This document shows, piece by piece, positions 10,349 through 18,407 of a stretch of DNA of 64,000 bases. Numbering within the stretch: the stretch's first letter is position 1; the number at the start of each line of letters is the position of its first letter. The notes under the pieces are model-generated. The model did not search any database, was not told where the DNA came from, and worked only from the letters and a program-made list of their open reading frames with translations. The stretch is from Gemmatimonadales bacterium. Its GTDB lineage: Bacteria > Gemmatimonadota > Gemmatimonadetes > Gemmatimonadales > GWC2-71-9. The DNA lies in the NCBI GenBank assembly GCA_041577295.1, contig JBFGJG010000009.1, forward strand, positions 44,052 to 108,051, written 5' to 3'. A program made the position numbers and the translations under genes.

Positions 10349-10437
10349 GCATCAGACGGCCCTCACAAGGTACGAGATCAGCCGGTTGTTGCGCGATGGT
10401 AGGGGGTGGGGGTGGGAATGGGCTGCTACACGAAATC

Positions 10438-10471
10438 ACTCACCCGGGACGGTTCGGCCCGGGTGAGTTTT
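10438..10471. terminator. Stem-loop, probable intrinsic terminator
   Basis: ACTCACCCGGG / CCCGGGTGAGT inverted repeat followed by T-run on + strand. Confidence 0.5.
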
Positions 10472-10518
10472 AAGCAGGTTGGCCATGCACTACGTCAAGA
10501 AACGGTCTGCTCGATCGC

Positions 10519-10893
10519 TCAACCAGTCTCCCACCACGCGACCACGCCGTGGTGGCCGCAGTGGTAACAATGAATGAATTCAGGTTGGCCGAGCAACCGG
10601 ACTCGATTGGCACAGGACGGACAGACGGCGTACTTCCTCCCGAGATCCGATCCGGTGCCCTGGGCCGGGTTGCGCTCACCCGAACCACGGTAGACCACGG
10701 TGAACTTCTCTGGTCGCGCGTCCCGGAGCTCCACGAGATGCTTCGGCACCATCACATACCGCTCCCGCACGTCCAGCATGACGAATGTCGACCCGTGATT
10801 CACGACCGGATACCATGCGCCTTGTCGCAGCATTGGATCGGTCTTGGGTCGGGCGATGGCCCAGGCACGGGCCCAGTCGTGAGGCTGTGGCAT
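10519..10893 (-). CDS. Hypothetical protein with C-terminal Zn-ribbon
   Basis: CPSC..CYHC; LRQGAWYPV; fills the intergenic gap. Confidence 0.7.
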   Translation of the reverse strand: MPQPHDWARAWAIARPKTDPMLRQGAWYPVVNHGSTFVMLDVRERYVMVPKHLVELRDARPEKFTVVYRGSGERNPAQGTGSDLGRKYAVCPSCANRVRLLGQPEFIHCYHCGHHGVVAWWETG

Positions 10894-11008
10894 GTCGTCG
10901 TATCGAGTTGGAGAAGCCAGTTGATGTCGGTGCTACAAGATGACGTGCCGGATCGCCGAGTGCTGTGATGGACACCACAGGGGAATAGTGCCTGGCTGCC
11001 GCCGAAGG

Positions 11009-13723
11009 TTACCCCGTGTTCCGCAGGCCCTGAGCGATCCCGTTCACAGTGGATAGGAGGGCCTGTAACAGGGCGTCATCGGTCCGGTTCGAACCCCTCC
11101 ATCGCTCGAGCAGATCGACCTGGAGCAGGCTCATTGGGTCGACATACGGGTTTCGCAAGCGGATGGAACGCTGAAGGACGGGATCCTGGTCGAGCAACGC
11201 GCTCGTCCCCTTGAGGCGCAGCACGAGCTCGACGGTGCGTTCATACTCGGCACGGATCAGACCGAAGACTCGCTTCCCTGCCGGCCCAGCTAAAGCGGCA
11301 TAATGAGCCGCAATGAGCATGTCGGCCTTAGCCAGCACCATTTCGGCATCGTCAATGAGCCCGCCGAGGAATGGCCAGCTCTGGACGGCGGCGGCCACCG
11401 GGTCGCGTCCGTGAACCGCCACCGCCGCGGCGAGGCCCGCGCCCAGACCATACCATCCCGGGAGCAGATGACGACTCTGCGTCCAGGCAAAGACCCAGGG
11501 GATAGCGCGTAAGTCATCGATTCCATGGCCTGATCGGCGGGAGGGGGGTCGGGACCCGATGGTCATCCGCTCGATCACATCGATGGGGGTTGCCGAGCGG
11601 AAGTACTCGAGGAACTCTCCATCCTGATACACCAACTCCCGGTAGGAGGCGCGGCTGTGCTCGGCAATGGCGTTCATGATGGCAACAGACCGACCTTCCG
11701 GAGTTCCGGTTCCGTGGCTCGAGCCAGCTATCGCCGTGGCTCCCAGCGCGCGCTCGAGCGTGCGAAACGCGATCCACTGCATCCCGTAGTTTGCGTGTAT
11801 GACCTCGCCTTGCTCGGTGAACCGCAATCCACCACATACGGCCTTGGGTGGCCCGGCGAGCACAGCGCGATAGAGCTTCCCACCACCCCGACTGATCGTC
11901 CCTCCGCGGCCATGGAAGATCGTCAACCGACACTGATGATCGTCCGTCACGTTGGCCAACGCGCCCTGAGCCCGCTGGACCGCCCAACGGGAGGCAGCAA
12001 GACCACCGTCCTTGTTGCTATCGGAGTATCCGATCATGACGATCTGCCGGTTATCACGCGCAGCGAGGTGTCGGCGGTAGACGTCCGATCGATAGAGCTC
12101 GGTCATGATGCGTGGCGCCGCATCGAGATCAATCACGGTCTCGAACAGGGGTGCGACATCTAACGGGATCTTCCCCTCCCCTGACGCGAGCCCAGCCCAT
12201 CGCGCCAACAAGAGCACCGAGAGGACGTCGTCCGCTCCCTCAGTCATGCTGATGATGAACGGTCCAATGGCCCCTCGTCCGTAGCGAAGCCGAGCTCGGC
12301 CGATGGCAGAAAAGACTGCGAGGGTCGAGTCGATCTCGGGGTCTTTCGTGGCCGGCATTCTGGTTCCGCTCGCAAGTGCCGTCTCCAGCGCCTCGAACCG
12401 CTCGCGTGAGGAGCGCTTGGCCCACTGCTCGTCTCCGAGGAGCCGACCGAGCACCGAGCGGTGTACTTCTGCGTTCTGACGAACATCCAATACGGCCAGG
12501 TGGAAGCCAAACGTTTCCACCCTTCGTATGAGCCGTCGCACGGCAAATAGTCCGGCGTGCTGGCCTCGATGATTCTCCAGACTGCTGGCGATCAACCGGA
12601 GATCTTGCAGGAAACGGTCGGGCCCGGGATACGCGCCGAGGCCATCCTTGCCGGTCGCCACGATGCACTCTGCCATGAGAGTGATGAGCAAGCGATACGG
12701 CATGTCGCGGTGCCGGGGCGGCACGGCAGCCATGACCTCTGGGTGGAACTCGCCATACTTGGTGATCCGCTCGGTAATGGCCGGATCGATATCGACTCGA
12801 CTCGTGGACTGGCTGAGATGGCGTGCCAGGCGTCGGAGATCCGCGCGGTATCGCTCTAGGACAACGGCGCGATGGCGGACCAACGCCTGCTGGATGGTTT
12901 GGGCGCTGACGTTGGGATTGCCATCCATGTCCCCTCCGACCCACGAGGCAAACCGCAGCAAGGTGGGCAGGCGCTCGACGGGCGCGTCCCGACCGTACAC
13001 GGCTCGCAATGCATCGCTCAACACCTCGTACAGCAACGGAATCACGTGGTACACGATCTCAGCCACGTAGTAGGTCACGTGCTCGAGCTCGTCCATCACG
13101 GTGGGCCGCTCTCGCGGGTGCTCCTCGGTCTGCCAACCAGACGTCACCTCGTCGCGAATTCGCCCCAGTAAGCGGTGCTCCTCCGCCGGCGTTCGCGCTG
13201 GATTGAGGCGTTCGATCAAGCACGTGGCGATGTGCTGTTCCTTGTCCAGGAGGGTCCGACGGGTGGCTTCGCTCGGGTGGGCCGTGAAGACCGGCTCTAC
13301 ACGGAGACCGGTCAGAAGCGTGAGGGTTTCTTCGAATGTCATGCCCTGATTCGCCAGCTGGCGGATGGTGTGCTCGAGGCTCGCCGGCTGTGGACCAGTA
13401 CCTTCCCGAAGGTAATCTCGTCGTCGTCTAATCCGATGTACTTGCTCGGCCAAGTTGACGACGGTGAAGTACGTCGAGAATGCGCGGACCAACTCCTCGG
13501 CCTCCTCGCCGCGGAGCGAACTGACGATCTTGACCAAGGTGGCTTGGCCCTCGGGAGCTTGTTCACGCCGCTGGATAGCCGCAAGGCGAGCGGTCTCGAC
13601 GCGTTCGAACAACGCCTCCCCACCCTGCTCCCGAATGACGTCGCCCACCAAGGCACCCAACACCCGCACGTCATCACGCAAAGGAGTGTCCTTGGCGCTG
13701 AATTGGACGTCGCGTTGGCTCAT
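11009..13723 (-). CDS. ppc: Phosphoenolpyruvate carboxylase
   Basis: VFTAHP, GGDMDGNP, MIGYSDSNKDGG, FHGRGG, LRAIPW and C-terminal LRNTG. Start moved to ATG 13723. Confidence 0.95.
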   Translation of the reverse strand: MSQRDVQFSAKDTPLRDDVRVLGALVGDVIREQGGEALFERVETARLAAIQRREQAPEGQATLVKIVSSLRGEEAEELVRAFSTYFTVVNLAEQVHRIRRRRDYLREGTGPQPASLEHTIRQLANQGMTFEETLTLLTGLRVEPVFTAHPSEATRRTLLDKEQHIATCLIERLNPARTPAEEHRLLGRIRDEVTSGWQTEEHPRERPTVMDELEHVTYYVAEIVYHVIPLLYEVLSDALRAVYGRDAPVERLPTLLRFASWVGGDMDGNPNVSAQTIQQALVRHRAVVLERYRADLRRLARHLSQSTSRVDIDPAITERITKYGEFHPEVMAAVPPRHRDMPYRLLITLMAECIVATGKDGLGAYPGPDRFLQDLRLIASSLENHRGQHAGLFAVRRLIRRVETFGFHLAVLDVRQNAEVHRSVLGRLLGDEQWAKRSSRERFEALETALASGTRMPATKDPEIDSTLAVFSAIGRARLRYGRGAIGPFIISMTEGADDVLSVLLLARWAGLASGEGKIPLDVAPLFETVIDLDAAPRIMTELYRSDVYRRHLAARDNRQIVMIGYSDSNKDGGLAASRWAVQRAQGALANVTDDHQCRLTIFHGRGGTISRGGGKLYRAVLAGPPKAVCGGLRFTEQGEVIHANYGMQWIAFRTLERALGATAIAGSSHGTGTPEGRSVAIMNAIAEHSRASYRELVYQDGEFLEYFRSATPIDVIERMTIGSRPPSRRSGHGIDDLRAIPWVFAWTQSRHLLPGWYGLGAGLAAAVAVHGRDPVAAAVQSWPFLGGLIDDAEMVLAKADMLIAAHYAALAGPAGKRVFGLIRAEYERTVELVLRLKGTSALLDQDPVLQRSIRLRNPYVDPMSLLQVDLLERWRGSNRTDDALLQALLSTVNGIAQGLRNTG

Positions 13724-13728
13724 CGCGC

Positions 13729-14832
13729 TCAGACCGGATCCCGGGATGATCCCGGCGTACGAAGGGCCCGAAACATCAGGACACCCAGTGTCAGCATCGT
13801 GAGCGGGATGACAAACAGCATCATCACACGGCTGAATGCGGGAAGGAGATCGTGGCCAGTGGCATCCAGCGCCAGGTATAGAACGTAAATCACATAGTAG
13901 CCGAGAAAGAGGGCGCCTTCCCATCGTGAGATGCGGTGGCCTGTGAAAAAGATGGGCAAGCATGCCACGGCGACCACGGTCATGACCGGGATGTCGAACC
14001 GGCTCGCCGCACTGGAGACGGCGATCCCCCGAGGGCTGAGCGCGGCCGCGAGCCCCAATACGCCGAAGATGTTGAAGATGTTGCTGCCCACGACATTGCC
14101 CACCGCGATATCGCGCTCGCCCCGAATCGCGGCGATGATCGACGTCGCCACCTCCGGCAGAGACGTTCCCGCTGCGACGATGGTCAGCCCGATGATCAGC
14201 TCGCTCACGCCGAGGGCGCGCGCCATGGTTCCCGCACCATCGACCAACCACCCCGCACCGAGCACGAGCATTGCGAGCCCGGCAATCACGAACCCTACCT
14301 GCACTGCGAGGGCGCTTGCGGTGGTTCGATGCCTAGCGTCCGGGTTCCCGTGGCCGAATTCGCCCTGCACTTGTTGGGATGCAAGGCGAGACTGGTTGAT
14401 GGACCACACCGTGTAGGCGATCAGGACTGCGGTCAACAAGAGTCCTTCCACACGTCCCACCTCACCGTTACTGCCCAAAATCCACAGCGCGACGGACGCA
14501 CCGATCATTAACGGGACATCCAGGCGGACGAGCTGTGCGTGGACGACAAGGGGCGCGATGACCGCCGCGATGCCGAGAATGAACAGCACGTTGAAGATGT
14601 TGCTGCCTACGACATTCCCCACGGCGAGGTCGGGCTGCCCAGCCAGAACTGCGCGAACGCTCACCGCCAGCTCGGGCGAGCTGGTGCCAAACGCAACCAC
14701 GGTGAGGCCAATGACGAGCGGAGAGATCCCGAGCGTGGCTGCGAGACGGGACGCGCCGCGCACCAGTAGCTCGGCCCCCACAACCAGGATCAGCAGACCG
14801 AGCAGAAAGATCAAAACGGCAAGTGCATTCAT
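13729..14832 (-). CDS. Calcium/sodium antiporter (YrbG-like, CaCA family)
   Basis: Two alpha repeats, GTSSPE and GTSLPE, each followed by GNVVGSNIFN. Confidence 0.92.
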   Translation of the reverse strand: MNALAVLIFLLGLLILVVGAELLVRGASRLAATLGISPLVIGLTVVAFGTSSPELAVSVRAVLAGQPDLAVGNVVGSNIFNVLFILGIAAVIAPLVVHAQLVRLDVPLMIGASVALWILGSNGEVGRVEGLLLTAVLIAYTVWSINQSRLASQQVQGEFGHGNPDARHRTTASALAVQVGFVIAGLAMLVLGAGWLVDGAGTMARALGVSELIIGLTIVAAGTSLPEVATSIIAAIRGERDIAVGNVVGSNIFNIFGVLGLAAALSPRGIAVSSAASRFDIPVMTVVAVACLPIFFTGHRISRWEGALFLGYYVIYVLYLALDATGHDLLPAFSRVMMLFVIPLTMLTLGVLMFRALRTPGSSRDPV

Positions 14833-14844
14833 GACCCTCCTACG

Positions 14845-14885
14845 CCAACAGCCTCCGCAGGCCGATGAACTGCGGAGGCTGTTGG
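14845..14885. promoter_or_regulatory. Perfect 16-bp stem-loop between the DUF411 and antiporter genes
   Basis: CCAACAGCCTCCGCAG / CTGCGGAGGCTGTTGG with a 9-nt loop and no U-tract. Confidence 0.6.
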
Positions 14886-14907
14886 TGGGTGCAGTGCTGT
14901 ACCGATC

Positions 14908-15408
14908 TTAGCGCTTCGCGTAAACGGTCCGGTTGCCCTCACGGTCAAATGCGATGACCTCGTACGAGTCTTTCCGCGACCCTTCCATACCAGGCGATCC
15001 CATTGGCATACCCGGTACGGCCAGTCCCGCGGCTGCTGGCCGTTCAGCGAGGAACTGTTTGATCACGTCCGCTGGTACGTGCCCCTCGATGACGTATCCA
15101 TCGACGATCCCGGTGTGGCAGGAAAAAAGATCCCGCGGCACGCCAGAAGTTTGCTTGACCTCGGTGACATCCTGTACGTCCTTCGAGGTCACCACGAAGC
15201 CGTTTTGCTCGAGGTGCTCCACCCAGAGTGTGCAGCAGCCGCAGGTGGGTGATTTGTACACCAGCATCTCAGGCGCGGACTCAGCGGCGTCTCCGGAAGC
15301 CGCGATGTTCGGCCCTTGCTCGACGCTTCGAGCATCCGCACCGGTGCAGGCGTGAAGTGGTAGGAGCATCACCGCTGCCCCCGCCAACGCCAATAGCTTA
15401 GAAGTCAT
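14908..15408 (-). CDS. DUF411 (CopG-like) metal-binding lipoprotein
   Basis: KSPTCGCC..W, SCHT, EGHVP and AVPGMPMGSPGME. Confidence 0.9.
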   Translation of the reverse strand: MTSKLLALAGAAVMLLPLHACTGADARSVEQGPNIAASGDAAESAPEMLVYKSPTCGCCTLWVEHLEQNGFVVTSKDVQDVTEVKQTSGVPRDLFSCHTGIVDGYVIEGHVPADVIKQFLAERPAAAGLAVPGMPMGSPGMEGSRKDSYEVIAFDREGNRTVYAKR

Positions 15409-15453
15409 CTCTCACCTTACTGTTTCAGGTAACTATCCCCTCTGTCCCCTCTA

Positions 15454-16908
15454 TCAATTTGGTATCCCCCGCCCGTGACACGCCGAGCACATCTCCGGAT
15501 TGCGGCGGCGCAGGCGGCTCGCGTCGAAGTCAGCACCGTGCGGATTGAAGCGGCGGCCCCCCTGGGCCGAGTGGCAAGTTAAACAATCTCGCTCCGTGTG
15601 GCACGAGACGCAGGACTCGAGGTTTTGGCGAGCAGCCGGGCCGTGACCCAGGATGAAGTTGCCCTTTGCATCGTGATACCCCGCACCCAACCGGCGTTCC
15701 GCAACGAGGCCAGCGCTCGCATGGCATGCGGCGCAGAACTGGGTTTGGTTGTGACAGTCACTGCACGAGGTTTCCCGCGCATAGGCAGCCGCCGGATGTC
15801 GGCTCGAAAAGCCTACTGGATGATAGCCTGCAGAGCCCGCCGCTGCACTTGGCCGATGGCAGTCGAGGCAATCCGAGCGTACATGGCAGGCGGCACACGT
15901 CTGGGGTGCCGCGGCGGCCTGGGCGCCGTGACGATCGCTAAACGCGGCCGCCAGATGGCTGGCCGGCGCCATTCGAACAACGAGCGCACCACTGCCACGA
16001 TCAGGCCCCGATTGATACATCGTGCTGACACTTGGCGGTGGAGACAAGTGACACTCGATGCAGCTCTCTTGCGTATGACACGTGCGACACTCGGCCGGAT
16101 TTTCCTCGATGACTCGCCCATGTGTTTTGAGAAAGGTGTTGTCCGCGTGATCGGCTGGTGCCTCGAGGAGCGCGGTATGCACCAGCGATCGTGGATCCTG
16201 CTCGAGCGCTTGAATGGCCTTTTGCTCAGGGGCGTCAACATGACATTGGACGCAGAAGTCTCTGGCGTGGCAGGTAGCACACGCCACGGCCACGCCGCCA
16301 GGAACCGCGGGAGCATCGATGGGATCGTATCCAAGCAGACCGTGACCACTCCTGCCGCCAAACTCCGGCTCGTCATGCGATGGCGGCGCGGGGAAGTCAG
16401 CGATATCGGCCTCGGTGAGCTTCACTGCGCGCGCCAGTGGAACATGGCACAGCGCACAGTCGGTTTCGGCCGCGGCGTAGTGGGTCTCTCGTATCTCATG
16501 GCAGTCGAGGCACTGCTCTGCGACAGCGAGCTGGACGTAGAGCCACGCGCTGTCGGGGAAGGAATGGCAGTCGATGCAGCGCGCGGGTTCGTCACCGGCG
16601 GCCCGGAGCGTGTCCGCGTGTTCGAAATGGTCGAACCGCAGGTTGGTGCGCGGCGAGTCGAGCGGCTTGGCCCAGTCGACGATCTCCTCGACCTGACCGT
16701 CGTGACACTCCACGCACGAGACGGAATCCGGGTACATGGCAGCCCCGGGTTGCTCCGCACCGACGTGACACGTTACGCAAGTCGGGAAGAGTCCTCGATG
16801 CTCCACGTGATCGAAGGAGTCCTGTGCGGGACGACTGGCGAGGAGGAGGCCGACGCCCAAGACAGCGAAACCGGTGACGCCGCTGGTGACAAGACGCCAG
16901 CGCCTCAC
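15454..16908 (-). CDS. 16-heme c-type cytochrome (c3/c7-like N-terminus plus diheme repeats)
   Basis: 16 CxxCH counted. Hydrophobic N-terminal signal. GTG start overlaps the upstream TGA (GTGA). Confidence 0.9.
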   Translation of the reverse strand: MRRWRLVTSGVTGFAVLGVGLLLASRPAQDSFDHVEHRGLFPTCVTCHVGAEQPGAAMYPDSVSCVECHDGQVEEIVDWAKPLDSPRTNLRFDHFEHADTLRAAGDEPARCIDCHSFPDSAWLYVQLAVAEQCLDCHEIRETHYAAAETDCALCHVPLARAVKLTEADIADFPAPPSHDEPEFGGRSGHGLLGYDPIDAPAVPGGVAVACATCHARDFCVQCHVDAPEQKAIQALEQDPRSLVHTALLEAPADHADNTFLKTHGRVIEENPAECRTCHTQESCIECHLSPPPSVSTMYQSGPDRGSGALVVRMAPASHLAAAFSDRHGAQAAAAPQTCAACHVRSDCLDCHRPSAAAGSAGYHPVGFSSRHPAAAYARETSCSDCHNQTQFCAACHASAGLVAERRLGAGYHDAKGNFILGHGPAARQNLESCVSCHTERDCLTCHSAQGGRRFNPHGADFDASRLRRRNPEMCSACHGRGIPN

Positions 16909-18407
16909 CGCGGCCTCGGAGCGTTGGGGATGCGCAGAATGGCTGGATGCAGGCCGGATTGGTCCCCTCCGGTACCGAAGGAGACGCTGACCCCAGCGTT
17001 TACCCTCAGCTGGTTCCAGTCGAACCGAGCCGCATCCGGCCGGCGCCGAGTTTCCTGGTACCGTGCGCCTTCGAGCATGAGCACAAGAACCTCGGTAGGG
17101 CGGTAATCGACTCGGAGGCCAAAGGACCACAGTTTGGCATCATCGAAGCGGAACTCGAGCGGACGTTGCAGGGTGCCGAAGATGGCCGTCGCCGTGAGCT
17201 CATCGAGCGGTTCGAACGACACACCACCATCAAAGCCGATCGAGGACGCACCTGGTCCGTACTCCGCATGGTAATCGCCGAAAAACGTCCAGGGCTCGAA
17301 CCTTGACACGCTTCCGCCCCAACTCCATCTCCAGCCATCGCCTTCAAACGCGGCGAGTGCGGTTTCAGCATTCGTATCGTCGAAGCGATACGCCTCGCCG
17401 CGGGCTCGTATTTCGATCCCGTCAATCGGCCGCAGCGTTCCCGCGCCATACAGCGCGCTGTACGGAGTGGGACTGAACGCCCCCCAAATGGTCCAGAGAT
17501 CGAAGTGCGGCCGGTATCGTCTCGCGCCCGCGGTGATGGTCACGAGCGCACGGGTGTCGGTGAAGCCAATCCGGCCCTCGGCGCTCCCCCACTGGCTGAA
17601 CGAAAGATCGTAATCCGCGCCGCCGGAGACCGTCACACCGGCCACTGGCCGCACGCTCCCGTCGAAGGCCACGCGCTCCGTGACAAAGAGGTTTGAAGCC
17701 GGGTCGACCTCTCGCTGGTAGAGGAATGTCCCATCGATGAACGGAAGCGACCACCCCAGACGCGCGCCCGCGACCAGCTGGCGATCCCGTGGCTGGAAGT
17801 CGTCGAGCGGGTTGAGCGCTTCGCTCGTCACCGGGAGCGCGATGCCACGAGCCAGTCCCCAACCGGCGTAGGCGAGGAGTCGGAGCTGCCGGACGGGGCG
17901 GATCTCTACCTGGCCGCCATCGAAGCCCGTGAAGCCGAGCCGCGAAATCACGTTGGTGCGGCCCGCCCGCGCGGTGACGACCGCGGAGGTGTACTCCGCG
18001 AAACCCTCGAGCAGGTGAACAGCGGGGTCGGTGCCAGGCCATGTGTCCGCGTCACCGAGCTCGGCACCAACGCGCACTTTGGCGTGGACGGTGAGTCCAC
18101 GCACCCCCAGCCCCCACACTGACACGTCGGCCGTGGTCACGACTGGGGCACCGGTGCGCCGCGGGCCCGGACGAAAGTAGGTGCAGAACGCCAGCCCGGA
18201 CCGGCATTGTACGGCAAACCCGTCCGGCGAGAAGAATCCGCCGTTGGGTTGCTCCACAGCATCCGTGGCGCGAATGCTATCCAGTTGCACACCGCGGAAC
18301 GCCACCGACTGGACGCGGGTGTCCAACCGGACGCGATACCCCTGCGCCGATGCGATGCCAGGTAGCAGCAGTAGCGCAAAGGCAACCGCAGCGCATCTGA
18401 TTTTCAT
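16905..18407 (-). CDS. Putative outer-membrane beta-barrel (porin of a porin-cytochrome complex)
   Basis: Sec signal (..ASAQ), alternating amphipathic aromatic-rich strands, no TM helices, translationally coupled between two multiheme cytochrome genes. Confidence 0.75.
   Translation of the reverse strand: MKIRCAAVAFALLLLPGIASAQGYRVRLDTRVQSVAFRGVQLDSIRATDAVEQPNGGFFSPDGFAVQCRSGLAFCTYFRPGPRRTGAPVVTTADVSVWGLGVRGLTVHAKVRVGAELGDADTWPGTDPAVHLLEGFAEYTSAVVTARAGRTNVISRLGFTGFDGGQVEIRPVRQLRLLAYAGWGLARGIALPVTSEALNPLDDFQPRDRQLVAGARLGWSLPFIDGTFLYQREVDPASNLFVTERVAFDGSVRPVAGVTVSGGADYDLSFSQWGSAEGRIGFTDTRALVTITAGARRYRPHFDLWTIWGAFSPTPYSALYGAGTLRPIDGIEIRARGEAYRFDDTNAETALAAFEGDGWRWSWGGSVSRFEPWTFFGDYHAEYGPGASSIGFDGGVSFEPLDELTATAIFGTLQRPLEFRFDDAKLWSFGLRVDYRPTEVLVLMLEGARYQETRRRPDAARFDWNQLRVNAGVSVSFGTGGDQSGLHPAILRIPNAPRPR

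Noticed and set aside
13724..14251. 176-aa N-terminal extension of ppc in the ORF track
   Set aside because: It overlaps the antiporter gene in another frame. PEPC-like sequence begins at ATG 13723.
16909..17130. N-terminal extension of the 16-heme cytochrome
   Set aside because: It lies inside the porin gene. GTG 16908 gives a signal peptide and a GTGA overlap.
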